Source: an uncultured bacterium (GTDB taxonomy: Bacteria > Zhuqueibacterota > QNDG01 > DTFT01). From it: a DNA stretch of 64,000 nucleotides. The position numbers were made by a program, and so were the translations under genes. How positions within the stretch are numbered: the first letter of the stretch is position 1; every line of letters starts with the position of its first letter. Shown in pieces: positions 9,573 to 19,363 of the stretch. The stretch spans positions 382,461-446,460 of the forward strand of contig CAVTNR010000012.1 in assembly GCA_963736115.1 (NCBI GenBank), read 5' to 3'. The notes below the pieces were generated by a model, which did no database searches, was not told the DNA's origin, and saw only the letters and a program-made list of their open reading frames with translations.

Positions 9573-11859
9573 AGTAACTGTAGCCCTCGTGCGCGACCTC
9601 CACCCCGGCGCCGTTGAGAATCACGCCGATCACTTTGGCGCGGACATTCTGGAAGAGCTCCATTTTCCGCTGGACGTCGTCGCGCTTCGTCATGCCCGCG
9701 CGGATGACCAGGGACACACCGTCGACCAGCGTGCCCAGGATAACCGCGTCGGAAGCCGCGAACAGGGGCGGCGTGTCGAAGATCACAAAATCGTAGCGCT
9801 GCGTGATGCCCTCGATGAACTTCTGCATCTTATCCGATCCGAGCAGTTCGGAGGGATTCGGGATCATGGAACCGCAGGTGATTAGCGTGAGATTGGGGAT
9901 GTAGGTTTCGTTCAGCACCGACTCGAGCGACGCCACGCCCGTCAGGTAATTGGTCAGGCCGGGCTTCTTGGGGCAGTTGAAGCTGTTGTGCATGACACCG
10001 CGGCGGAAATCGGCGTCGATCAGCAGGGTCCTGGACTTCTGCTGGGCCAGCGTGATGGCCAGGTTCGCCGCGGTGAACGACTTTCCCTCACCGGGCGCCA
10101 CGCTGCTGATCACCATCGACTTCACCGGCCCGAAGGTCTTGGAGAAGAGGATGCTGGTCCGCAGGGACCGGTAGGCCTCGCCGACGGGCGTGGGCGAATA
10201 GTCGTGGGTGACGATCTGCGAGCTGATACTCTTCGCCTTCTCGGAGTCCTGGAGCTCGTAGGTGTCGAACTTGACCTTGGGGATCACGCCCAGGATGTTG
10301 AGCTTCAGGTACCGCTTGATGTCGTCGCGCGACTTGATCCGCTTGTCCGCCAGCTCCCACATGAGCGCGGCGCCGATGCCGAGGCACAATCCCATCAGGA
10401 CGCCCATGCCCATCTTCTTCCGCTTGTCCGCGCTGATCGGCCGGCTGGGGGGGAGCGCCCGGTCGTAGAGGGTGATGTTCTCCGGCTCCACGGCCTCGTT
10501 GATCTGGGCCTCCTTGAAGTTCCGGGAGAGTGCCTCGTGGATGGCCTCGTTGGCCCGGCGCTTCCGGTTGAGCCGGATGAAATTGATCTCCTCCTTGGGC
10601 AGTTTGCTGAGCTGGTTCTGGAGCGTTTCCGCTTCGGTCTGGAGCCCGGCCATCTGCTGGTCGATCGTGGTCAGCTTGATCTGGGCGAGGTTGTAGAGTG
10701 TCGACTGAATTTCAGTCAAATCGTCGTTGAGTTGCTTCACCCGGGGATTCAGCGCGGGCGCGCTGCCCATCCGGTCCAGTTCGGCGTACTTGCTCTTCCA
10801 CTGCTGGCTGGCCACGGTCATGTCCGGGTCGCCGCGGAAAACCGGATATCCGATGATCTGGTCGTAGATGTAGCGCACGGAGACGCCGGTTTCGAAATCG
10901 GGGCTCGCGGGATCGAGCCGGGAGAGAAGCTGGGCCAGATCCTTCTTCTGGACCGTCAGGTCGCCGACCCGGTCGCTGTTCCGGTCGAGTTCGGCCACGA
11001 TGGCTCGGCTTTCCTCGTCCAGGTTCTGGATGTGTGTGTCCCGGAATTTTTCGAGCTGGTAGTCGGTGTCATTCAGATCGCGCTGGACGATGGCGAGCTG
11101 TTCCTCGAGATACTCGCGGCTGAACCGGCTCGCGCGCCGCTGGATCTCAATGCTCTTCTGCACGAATTTTTCGGCCAGCCGGTTGATCGTCTCCGACGCG
11201 AGATACGGGTCGGTGTCGGTCAGGGTGATCTGCATCAGGGTGCGGCCCTGGGGAATGATGTCCTCCGCCGCCTGCAGGCCGGCGACCGTGGACTGGAAGT
11301 CCTGGATCTGGAACGCCACCCGCGGACGCCGGCGGACGACCTCGGGATTCAGGCGGAAGGAGAATCCGTTCATGCTGACCGTGTCCTCGATGAAATGCTC
11401 CACGCGGGCGCTGTCGAGCATCTTCACATCGGACCAGACCGCGGCGGTTCCGTTCGGATGAAAGCGCATCTCGTACCGGCCGGGCACCGGGTTCCGGGTC
11501 GTGAAGAACATCCGGAACACGTCCTGCCGGTAGAGCCTCGGCTCCGCGGTGTGGATGATTTTCAGCGTCAGGCCCAGCTCCGCCGTGACCTCTTCCGCGA
11601 AACTGCGGCTGCGGAGCTTGGCGATGCGGTTCTCGATGAGATTCTCCGGAACCGCGGCCGAGACATTCTCGAAACTCAGCCAGGCGTCGGCCTTGAAAAC
11701 GGGCGGCTGCTTTTTCAGGTACACGTACCAGGGCACCGCGACGAGCGCTGTGCAGGCCAGCACGAGCCACCACCGCCGGAGGACGCCGCGGACGTATTTC
11801 ATCAGATCCACATTTTCCTGATTCGGGGCGTTGCTGTCGAAAAACTCTTCCATTCCCAC
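9562..11859 (-). CDS. wzc: Polysaccharide co-polymerase / BY-kinase (Wzc)
   Basis: Two TM segments flanking a coiled-coil; EAYRSLRT, Walker A PGEGKS, DADFR, DTPP; C-terminal tyrosine cluster GYSYYAY. Confidence 0.9.
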   Translation of the reverse strand: MGMEEFFDSNAPNQENVDLMKYVRGVLRRWWLVLACTALVAVPWYVYLKKQPPVFKADAWLSFENVSAAVPENLIENRIAKLRSRSFAEEVTAELGLTLKIIHTAEPRLYRQDVFRMFFTTRNPVPGRYEMRFHPNGTAAVWSDVKMLDSARVEHFIEDTVSMNGFSFRLNPEVVRRRPRVAFQIQDFQSTVAGLQAAEDIIPQGRTLMQITLTDTDPYLASETINRLAEKFVQKSIEIQRRASRFSREYLEEQLAIVQRDLNDTDYQLEKFRDTHIQNLDEESRAIVAELDRNSDRVGDLTVQKKDLAQLLSRLDPASPDFETGVSVRYIYDQIIGYPVFRGDPDMTVASQQWKSKYAELDRMGSAPALNPRVKQLNDDLTEIQSTLYNLAQIKLTTIDQQMAGLQTEAETLQNQLSKLPKEEINFIRLNRKRRANEAIHEALSRNFKEAQINEAVEPENITLYDRALPPSRPISADKRKKMGMGVLMGLCLGIGAALMWELADKRIKSRDDIKRYLKLNILGVIPKVKFDTYELQDSEKAKSISSQIVTHDYSPTPVGEAYRSLRTSILFSKTFGPVKSMVISSVAPGEGKSFTAANLAITLAQQKSRTLLIDADFRRGVMHNSFNCPKKPGLTNYLTGVASLESVLNETYIPNLTLITCGSMIPNPSELLGSDKMQKFIEGITQRYDFVIFDTPPLFAASDAVILGTLVDGVSLVIRAGMTKRDDVQRKMELFQNVRAKVIGVILNGAGVEVAHEGYSYYAY

Positions 11860-11918
11860 TCCTGATTGCCGATCGCGCGCCCGGACGGGCGCGGGTGATG
11901 TCTATTGAGAACCGCGGA

Positions 11919-12632
11919 TCACAGACTGCCGTATCGCAGACGCAAATACAGGATGAACATCGAGGCGAACAGGTTGAGCATCACGAGAAGCGTCGCGATG
12001 TCGATCGACCCCCTCGGATACGCGATGATCTGGTCGCCGGATTCGATGCCCACTTCCTCCAGCGAGTACCCGTTCTCGAAGCTCTGCAGCAGGTCCTTGA
12101 TCACGACCTTCCCGCTCCGCTCGACCGCCATTTTCCTCAGGTCGGCGTTCGCCGCCGGCCCGCCGGCTTCGGCCACCAGGTCCCACAGCGAATTGGCGGG
12201 ATCCACGCGGTATGATCCGGGCCGGTTGAAGGAACCCTGCATGACCAGGCGGATCAGGGGATGCACCTCGATATACGGATTATGAAGATATTCCTTGAGC
12301 CTCTCCTGGAGCGTGCTCATGAGCTCGTATACGGTCAGACCCCGGACCTTGACCTCTCCGATGAGCGGCATGACGATGAATCCGGACTGATTGATCGGGT
12401 AATCGCCGTTCAGGTTGATGTTCGTCGCCTGTTCCTGGTACAGTTCCCAGACACGGATGCGCACGGCATCCCCTGGCTGAAAAATGGTCAGGGACTTGGC
12501 GGATTTGCTCCAGCGGGGCTGGGCGGCGCCGGTCTGGCTGTGAAGCCCTGCGGACGCCCCCAGAAAAAGGCAGAGGAAAACGGCGGTAAACCCTTTATTT
12601 GCAAGGGACAGAGAGTGCACGGCGCTGCGCAT
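11919..12632 (-). CDS. Polysaccharide export protein (Wza-like, Poly_export + SLBB)
   Basis: FQPGDAVRI, GFIVMPLIGEVKVRGLT, NRPGSY, AEAGG; directly upstream of wzc; start uncertain. Confidence 0.8.
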   Translation of the reverse strand: MRSAVHSLSLANKGFTAVFLCLFLGASAGLHSQTGAAQPRWSKSAKSLTIFQPGDAVRIRVWELYQEQATNINLNGDYPINQSGFIVMPLIGEVKVRGLTVYELMSTLQERLKEYLHNPYIEVHPLIRLVMQGSFNRPGSYRVDPANSLWDLVAEAGGPAANADLRKMAVERSGKVVIKDLLQSFENGYSLEEVGIESGDQIIAYPRGSIDIATLLVMLNLFASMFILYLRLRYGSL

Positions 12633-12713
12633 TCCGGGCTTCCTTTCCGAAAAGAGAATTTGGACGGGTCTTAGCCCACCCAAAAAGGCAAATCATATAC
12701 CAAGGAGACCGGA

Positions 12714-13415
12714 TTACCTGGAGCGGTAGAACCGGTGGCGTTTCTCCCGTGTTTCCAGATTCAGGGTTCGGAGCAGGGAGAACAGGCGGAGGGGGCCGAT
12801 CCGGACATATCCGTACTTTTCCGTTCCCAGCCGCCTCCGGATCTCCATGAGCCCGGCCATCGGATTCTCGATGACGATTTTCTTGATCCGTTCGACGACG
12901 GGAAAATCCTTATAGGACAATTCGTCTTCCGTGTCCTGGGCCGTCCGTTTACCCTGCAGGCCGGGCGGCACCGGCGGCTTCTCGATGGAAATGGGAATCG
13001 GCGGCCGGGCCGGAGACTTCGGATTCTGCCGCTCGGTCTCGGTGATGTCGATGCCCCTGAGCAGGTCGAATTCGTCGACCGCCTCCTCCACCGATTCGTA
13101 GGTGTTCAGGATCTTGTGAAACTCGAGCATTTCGAACACCTCGGCGACTTCGGGGACCATGCGGACGAATTTCAGGTCCCCGCCCTGCTCCCGGATGTTC
13201 TTGATCTCGCCGACGAAAACACCCCAGCCGGCGCTGCTGATGTAGGTCACGCGCCCCAGATCCACGATGATCTGGACCTTCTTCTGCCCCATCAGGTCCT
13301 GGATGACGCCGGCCATCTCCGGACACGTGGTCGTGTCGATGTAGCCGGAAACCGAGATGAGCGAGAGGTCCAGCCGGCCGCCGACCTGATATATCTGTAT
13401 CTGAATTCCCTGCAT
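12714..13415 (-). CDS. STAS-domain anti-sigma factor antagonist with an extra C-terminal helical (HTH-like) domain
   Basis: GYIDTTT, DLGRVTYISSAGWGVFV (STAS phospho-Ser motif), Pro-rich linker, basic C-terminal domain. Confidence 0.8.
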   Translation of the reverse strand: MQGIQIQIYQVGGRLDLSLISVSGYIDTTTCPEMAGVIQDLMGQKKVQIIVDLGRVTYISSAGWGVFVGEIKNIREQGGDLKFVRMVPEVAEVFEMLEFHKILNTYESVEEAVDEFDLLRGIDITETERQNPKSPARPPIPISIEKPPVPPGLQGKRTAQDTEDELSYKDFPVVERIKKIVIENPMAGLMEIRRRLGTEKYGYVRIGPLRLFSLLRTLNLETREKRHRFYRSR

Positions 13416-13425
13416 GCCGGTTCCG

Positions 13426-14916
13426 TCAGGTTTTATTCATCAGAAAGCATTTATGGTACAGCTGCACGTACCGTTTCGCGGAGGCTTCCCAGGAGAAATC
13501 CTTCCGCATCCCGTTCTTCTGAATGCGCTGCCAGGTCCTCGGGTCGCCGTAGGCCTTCACCGCCTGTTTCAGGGCGGCGACGAGGGATTTCGCGTCTATG
13601 GAGGCAAGAATGAACCCGGTGCCCCGCTCGGACCTCGGCTTGACCGGCTCCACGGTGTCGAGCAGACCGCCCACCGGCGCGACCACCGGCACCGTGCCGT
13701 ATTTCAAGCTGTAGATCTGGGTCAGGCCGCACGGTTCAAACCGCGACGGCATCAGAAAAATGTCGGCGCCCGCGATGAGCAGATGGGCGAGCGACTCATC
13801 GAATCCCAGTTGAACCCCGACGCGTCCGGGATATTTCTTAACGGCTTTTTTGAAGAAAGTCTCGTACGCCTCCTCCCCCTGTCCGAGCAGGAGAAAAACG
13901 CCGTTCAGGGCCATCATCGGGGCGAAGGCGTCCCGGACGAGGTCCATGCCCTTCTGTCCCGTCATCCGGGTCACCATGGCGATGACCGGGATGCCGGCCT
14001 TGTAAGGCAGTCCGAAGCGTTCGAAAAGGGCCCGCTTGTTCCCCTCCTTCTCCGAGATGCGCTGGAAATTGTAGGGATGCGGGATCAGCTTGTCCGTTTC
14101 CGGATTCCAGACATGGGTGTCGATGCCGTTCGCGATTCCGAAGAACTGCTTCTTCCGGGACCGCAGCAGCTTCTCCAACCCGAATCCGAATTCGGGGGAC
14201 GACTGCGCCTCGGCCGCGTGCTTCTCGCTGACGGTATTCAGCAGGTCCGACGACTGGATGCCGAGCCGCAGAAAATTCACGCCGCCGTTCGCGTCGAGCC
14301 CGCTGTCCGCGGAGCGGTTTTTGGTGTCGAACCCGATCGCCGCGGCGTTTTTCGCGTCGAACCAGCCCTGGAAGCCGAAATTGTGGACCGTGAACAGCGT
14401 GGAGGTCTGGGCGAAAAAGGGGTTGCCGAGATACAGGGTCTTCAGATAATAGGGGATCAGGCCCGTCTGCCAGTCATTGCAATGGATGATGTCCGGCTGC
14501 CAGTGGAGGCGGTTCAGGGTCTCCAGCACGCCTTTTGAAAAAAGCGCGAAGCGTTGGGCGTTGTCCGGGTAATCCGCGCCCGTCCTGGGATCGGTGTACA
14601 TGCCCTTGCGGAAAAAGAAGGGCTTGTAGTCGATGAAATACACCTGCACTTTGGTGTCGGGAAGGAAGGCCGACTTGACATGGATCTGATGCGTCTCCGC
14701 GCCCACGGAAACACCGATGTTCTGCAGGCGAATCACGTCCCGCAGGATGTACCGCCGCTCGTTGATGCTCTGGTACTGCGGCGTGATGATCCGGACGTCG
14801 TGCCCCATGTCCTTGAGCGCCTTGGGCAGGGAGCCGCCCACGTCCCCGAGGCCGCCCGTTTTGGAGAACGGCGCGACTTCGGAATAGACCATCAGGATCT
14901 TCAGCTTGCTCTTCAT
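13426..14916 (-). CDS. glgA: Glycogen/starch synthase (GT5)
   Basis: KTGGLGDV, IHCNDWQT, TVHN, PSRFEPCGLTQ, GGLLDTV, DFSWEASA; start set at MKSKLKIL. Confidence 0.88.
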   Translation of the reverse strand: MKSKLKILMVYSEVAPFSKTGGLGDVGGSLPKALKDMGHDVRIITPQYQSINERRYILRDVIRLQNIGVSVGAETHQIHVKSAFLPDTKVQVYFIDYKPFFFRKGMYTDPRTGADYPDNAQRFALFSKGVLETLNRLHWQPDIIHCNDWQTGLIPYYLKTLYLGNPFFAQTSTLFTVHNFGFQGWFDAKNAAAIGFDTKNRSADSGLDANGGVNFLRLGIQSSDLLNTVSEKHAAEAQSSPEFGFGLEKLLRSRKKQFFGIANGIDTHVWNPETDKLIPHPYNFQRISEKEGNKRALFERFGLPYKAGIPVIAMVTRMTGQKGMDLVRDAFAPMMALNGVFLLLGQGEEAYETFFKKAVKKYPGRVGVQLGFDESLAHLLIAGADIFLMPSRFEPCGLTQIYSLKYGTVPVVAPVGGLLDTVEPVKPRSERGTGFILASIDAKSLVAALKQAVKAYGDPRTWQRIQKNGMRKDFSWEASAKRYVQLYHKCFLMNKT

Positions 14917-15109
14917 GGGCTTCCCTTCAATCGGACATCCGGCGGCCGGCCGGCTTTGCGGATGCGGAATCCCGCGGTTCCGGGCCGGTTTAACAACGCG
15001 GCGGGACCGGACACGCCGCCCCCTTCCCACGGCAAGGCGGAGGGCACCGGTCGTCCGATGAGACCGGAAACGCTCCGCCTGTTCGTTTTGGAACGGGGAT
15101 GTGGACGCA

Positions 15110-15883
15110 TCACTGCCCGGACGCGGGTCCCTCGATTTGCGCGATGAACTGTCTGGCGATGCCGATGTATTCGCTGGACGGATAATTGTTGATCAGCTTC
15201 TGGAACTCTTCCCGGGCTTTGGGCTGGTCGTTGAGCTTGACATAGCACAGGCCGAGCTTGAGCTGGGCCGAGTCGTCCTTGTTCGAATTCGGATAGCTGA
15301 ACACTTTCTCGAACGAGAGAATGGCCTGCTGGTACTGACCCTGATCGTAATAGGCCTCGCCGATCCAGTACTGGCTGTTGTCGGCCAGGCTGTTCTTCGC
15401 GTTTTCCGCCAGGAGGGCTTCGAATTTCTGTATGGCTTCGCCGAGCCGCTTCGCCCGGTAGGCCTGAAGGGCCTCCTGGTAACGACTGCTGTAGGAATCG
15501 GTTTTCCATGCCGGGGGCGTGGTCACCCGGTCCGCAGGGGCCGTATTGAACGCGGTTGCGTCCCCCTGGGCCTGATCCTGGGTCTGGTCGGTCTCGAATC
15601 CGGTCCCGGCTTCGCTCTGTTCCGCGGGCATGAAAGCCGTTTCCGTCTCGAGCGGGGGCTCTTCGCTGACGCCGAGAAGCTTCAGCACGTCTTCTTCGTT
15701 GATGGATTCGTCCGAGCCGTCCTCGCCGCCGATTCCGAGCATTTCATCGAGTTCCGAAACATCCTGATCCGAACCGTAAGGCGATGTTCCGTCCGTATAA
15801 CTATTGGTAGCCGCGCATCCTGTTATCAGAACTGCGGCCGATGTCATGCACAGCAAAAGTCCGATGATTCGCCTGGGTATCAT
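15110..15883 (-). CDS. TPR lipoprotein, CpoB/YbgF-like
   Basis: Lipobox LITGC, acidic linker, TPR motifs LADNSQYWIGEAYY and AQLKLGLCY, YPSSEY. Confidence 0.75.
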   Translation of the reverse strand: MIPRRIIGLLLCMTSAAVLITGCAATNSYTDGTSPYGSDQDVSELDEMLGIGGEDGSDESINEEDVLKLLGVSEEPPLETETAFMPAEQSEAGTGFETDQTQDQAQGDATAFNTAPADRVTTPPAWKTDSYSSRYQEALQAYRAKRLGEAIQKFEALLAENAKNSLADNSQYWIGEAYYDQGQYQQAILSFEKVFSYPNSNKDDSAQLKLGLCYVKLNDQPKAREEFQKLINNYPSSEYIGIARQFIAQIEGPASGQ

Positions 15884-15953
15884 ACCCACCTCCAGTGAGA
15901 GGGATGGATGAAGTAGTATAATTTATTGAAAATACGGCAAAAAATCAAGTTTT

Positions 15954-16760
15954 TTATTCCTTCCCCGCCTTCCTGCGACTGATCAGGACCATCAGAATCA
16001 GTCCGAACAGCGCCATGGACAGGGAGATCAACTGGTTATAGGTAAAAGATATACCCAAAAACCTGAATTGCACGGATGTTTCATAATAGCGGACAAAATC
16101 AATTAAAAAACGGAAAATGCCGTAAAGCACGAAAAATAAAGCGGATAAAAAGCCGTCCGCTCTTTTTTTGCGGTCCACAAGGAGAAGCACGGCCAGCATC
16201 AGAAAATCGTACATGGAAGAATACAACTGCGTCGGATGAAGCCGCAAACCGGGCAGAAAAGCCCCGGCCGGGCTCTGTTCCGGAAAAGCCACGCACCATG
16301 AATGATCTCCCGGTTTGCCGAAACAGCACCCGTTGAGAAAGCAGCCGATGCGGGTCAGTCCCAGCCCGAGCGCCAGCGAAGGCGCGGCCGCGTCAAAGAA
16401 CCGGAGCACCCGTATTTTTTTCCGGACGCAGAAGACCGCGATCGCAACGATTGCGAACACCACGCCGCCGAGCATGGAAAGGCCCGCGAGGCCGATCTCA
16501 CCGTCGCTCTGAAGCGGGTTGACCGTATCCAGCCATCGGCCCCTGAATTCGTCGATATGGGTCACGACGTAAAACAGCCGCGATCCCGCGATCGCGCTCA
16601 CCACGGTAATCAGGCCCGCGTCCATCACGTCGTTCCCGCGGATGCCCCGCTTCTCCCCCCGCTTCATCGCCCAGAGAATGCCGACGAGAAAAGAAACGGC
16701 GAGCAGGAGGCCGTAGGCATGGATGACAATGGGGCCGATTTTCAAGAGACTGGGAAACAT
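15954..16760 (-). CDS. lgt: Prolipoprotein diacylglyceryl transferase
   Basis: IHAYG, GSRLFYV, RIGCFLNGCCFG, HPTQLY, RFLIDFVR. Confidence 0.92.
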   Translation of the reverse strand: MFPSLLKIGPIVIHAYGLLLAVSFLVGILWAMKRGEKRGIRGNDVMDAGLITVVSAIAGSRLFYVVTHIDEFRGRWLDTVNPLQSDGEIGLAGLSMLGGVVFAIVAIAVFCVRKKIRVLRFFDAAAPSLALGLGLTRIGCFLNGCCFGKPGDHSWCVAFPEQSPAGAFLPGLRLHPTQLYSSMYDFLMLAVLLLVDRKKRADGFLSALFFVLYGIFRFLIDFVRYYETSVQFRFLGISFTYNQLISLSMALFGLILMVLISRRKAGKE

Positions 16761-16829
16761 GCTTTCTCCTCAATTCAAATTTTTTAAACGAACGAATGCG
16801 GAATGCGCGGGTGCCTGATAAGACCGATC

Positions 16830-18530
16830 TCAGTGCCGGAAATGCCGCAGCCCCGTGAACGCCATGGCGATTCCCAGTTCGTCGCAGGCGCGAATGCTGT
16901 CCTCGTCGCGCTTGGAACCGCCCGGCTGAACGATGAAGCGCAGGCCGAACTCGGCCGCGGTACGGACCGTGTCATCGTACGGGAAGAATGCGTCCGAGGC
17001 AAGCACCATTTCGGAGAAGGCTTTTTTCCGATACGCATCAAAATCCATGCCCGGGTTGGACGCCGCATATTCCATCTCCAGGTTTTCCAATGCCTTGGTT
17101 ACGGCCAGCTTGCGGAGGGAATCAACCCGGTTCGGCTGACCCGCACCCATTCCGATGACCTGAAAGAATCCGGGGCTGTACTCCCGGCCCAGGACGATGG
17201 CATTGGATTTGGTGTGCTTGCAGGCTTTCAGCGTAAATTCCGCGAGCGCTTTGCGCCTCTCATCGAACCGCGCCTTTGTCACGCCTTCGAACCGGTCCCA
17301 GACCGCGAGATCGCGATCCATTTCCAGCATGCCGCCCGTGATCTTCCGAAAGGTCCTGGGCTCAGCCCCGGCCGCGTCCAGCGGTCCGGCTCTGAGAAGC
17401 CGGAGGGTCTTGCTCCTGCCGAGCAGTTCCATCGCCTCCGCAGAAAAATCGGGCGCAACGATCACTTCGACGAACTTGTTCGGTATTTCCTGCGCCACGA
17501 GCCTGCCCGCGGAGACCACGAAACCGATATGGCGCACGTTTTCGCCTTTCAGGAACTCGGCGAAGGCGAGATCCACGGGCGCGTTGCAGGCGATGACAGA
17601 GCCAAACGCCGATATCGGATCTCCCGCCCACGCCCGCTCAAGCGCTTCGCGGCCGGTCGCGCCCGTTGCGTAACCGCACGGATTGGTGTGCTTGATGACC
17701 GCCACCCCGATCCCGCCGCCGGATGGGCCCTCGATCGACAGATCCTTCACGGCCTCAAGCGCGGCATCGCAGTCCACGTAATTATTGAACGACATTTCCC
17801 TACCGCCGAGTATCTCCGCTCCGGCTACGGAAGCCTCGCTGCACGAGGCGTCCCGGTAGAACACGGCCGTCTGATGGCTGTTTTCACCGTACCGGAGCGG
17901 TCGGCCGTTCGTGTATTTGAGGCGCAGGACCGGCTCCTTGAGAAATACCCCGGACAGAGTCCGGTCGATGGCCGAATCATAGTCCGCCGTGCGGCGGAAG
18001 GCCTTGACGGCGAGGCGCCGGCGGGTTTCCGCGGACACCGCCCCGCCGCTCCGGATCTCGTCCAGCACGGGGGCATAATCCGAGGGGTCGGTGACAATGG
18101 CCACGAACCGGTGGTTCTTCGCCGCGCTGCGCACCATGGAGGGGCCGCCGATGTCGATGTTCTCGATTATCTCGTCGATGGAAACGCCGGGCCTGGCAGC
18201 CGTGGCTTCGAACGGATAGAGATTCACCGCCACCAGGTCGATCCACTCGATTCCCTGGGCGGCGGCCTGGCCTGCATGCTCCGCGTTGTCGCGCAGCCCG
18301 AGCAGGGCCCCGTGGATTTTCGGGTGCAGGGTCTTGACCCGGCCGTCCATCATTTCCGGAAACCCGGTGACCTGGTCGACCGCGGTCACGGGCACGCCGT
18401 TTTCCGACAGCAGTTTGTGCGTGCCTCCCGTGGACAGGATGGTGAATCCGAGATCGACAAGCGCCCGGGCGAAGTCCACGACACCCGTCTTGTCCGATAC
18501 ACTGATCAGTGCGCGACGAACCGTTGACAA
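16830..18530 (-). CDS. purH: Bifunctional AICAR transformylase/IMP cyclohydrolase
   Basis: [49 protein letters not shown]; TTG start at 18530 with GGAGG upstream. Confidence 0.95.
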   Translation of the reverse strand: MSTVRRALISVSDKTGVVDFARALVDLGFTILSTGGTHKLLSENGVPVTAVDQVTGFPEMMDGRVKTLHPKIHGALLGLRDNAEHAGQAAAQGIEWIDLVAVNLYPFEATAARPGVSIDEIIENIDIGGPSMVRSAAKNHRFVAIVTDPSDYAPVLDEIRSGGAVSAETRRRLAVKAFRRTADYDSAIDRTLSGVFLKEPVLRLKYTNGRPLRYGENSHQTAVFYRDASCSEASVAGAEILGGREMSFNNYVDCDAALEAVKDLSIEGPSGGGIGVAVIKHTNPCGYATGATGREALERAWAGDPISAFGSVIACNAPVDLAFAEFLKGENVRHIGFVVSAGRLVAQEIPNKFVEVIVAPDFSAEAMELLGRSKTLRLLRAGPLDAAGAEPRTFRKITGGMLEMDRDLAVWDRFEGVTKARFDERRKALAEFTLKACKHTKSNAIVLGREYSPGFFQVIGMGAGQPNRVDSLRKLAVTKALENLEMEYAASNPGMDFDAYRKKAFSEMVLASDAFFPYDDTVRTAAEFGLRFIVQPGGSKRDEDSIRACDELGIAMAFTGLRHFRH

Positions 18531-18557
18531 GCCTTCCTCCTTTGCGCAAAACCGTTT

Positions 18558-18717
18558 AATGAATGACCCTGCCGCAAGCGGCGGGGTATCGCAAGAAACT
18601 TGGATGATGGACGCCGCAAGCGGTGGGGAATCAGACCCGTCGGAGCGGCCAGAAGCCCAATCTCCGATCATCCAGAAAAACTGGAACCAGAATGACCAGG
18701 CTTCTGGCCGCCCGATT
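18558..18717. mobile_element. 160-bp palindromic non-autonomous element, copy A
   Basis: Near-identical to 32086-32245 and to the scaffold of 40808-41147; GCCGCAAGCGGC hairpins; inverted repeat cggccagaagc/gcttctggccg. Confidence 0.85.
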
Positions 18718-18729
18718 GATTTCCGCGCA

Positions 18730-19353
18730 TCATATCATAAACGCATTTCCGCCGTGGATCCGGACTCTGTCTTCCGCGAACGCCTGGAGCACCTCGGGAT
18801 ACAGCGCATGCTCCGCTTCCAGCACGCGGCCGGCCAGGACTTCCGCGGTATCGCCGGCCAGGACAGGCACGCACCGCTGGGCCAGGATGGGCCCGCGGTC
18901 GTACTGTTCGTCCACGAGGTGCACGGTCACGCCCGTGACCTTGCATCCCTGGCGAATCACGGCCTCGTGCACATGACGGCCGTACATGCCCTTCCCCCCG
19001 AATGCGGGGAGCAGGGCGGGATGAATGTTCACGATCCGGCCCGGATAGAGGGCCACCACCTCCGGAGGGACGCGCTTCATGTAACCGGCGAGCGCGATGA
19101 ACCCGGCGCCCGATTCGCGGAGCACGTCCGTGAGGCGCGAAACGAAAGCCTCACGGGAGTCGAAACCGGCGCTGGAGACGGTTTCCGCGCGGATGCCACG
19201 GGCCCGGGCGGTCTCGAGCGCGCCGGCCGCGGGGTCGTTCGAAATCAGAACGGCCACGGACGCGTTCAGGCGGCCGCCATCGATCGCCGCGAGAATGGCG
19301 GCGAAATTAGAGCCCCGGCCTGAAGCGAAAACGCCGAGTTGAAGGGATTTCAT
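18730..19353 (-). CDS. purN: Phosphoribosylglycinamide formyltransferase
   Basis: ASGRGSN, LAGYM, NIHPALLP, GVTVHLVDEQYDRGPI, EH. Confidence 0.95.
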   Translation of the reverse strand: MKSLQLGVFASGRGSNFAAILAAIDGGRLNASVAVLISNDPAAGALETARARGIRAETVSSAGFDSREAFVSRLTDVLRESGAGFIALAGYMKRVPPEVVALYPGRIVNIHPALLPAFGGKGMYGRHVHEAVIRQGCKVTGVTVHLVDEQYDRGPILAQRCVPVLAGDTAEVLAGRVLEAEHALYPEVLQAFAEDRVRIHGGNAFMI

Positions 19354-19363
19354 CCGGCCCCGC

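Noticed and set aside
18531-18671. N-terminal extension of purH (MIGDWASGRSDG...), and likewise the folK extension to 32147 and ORF 40850-41101
   Set aside because: Read-through into the 160-bp repeat element; better starts lie downstream (for purH, a TTG with a GGAGG Shine-Dalgarno).
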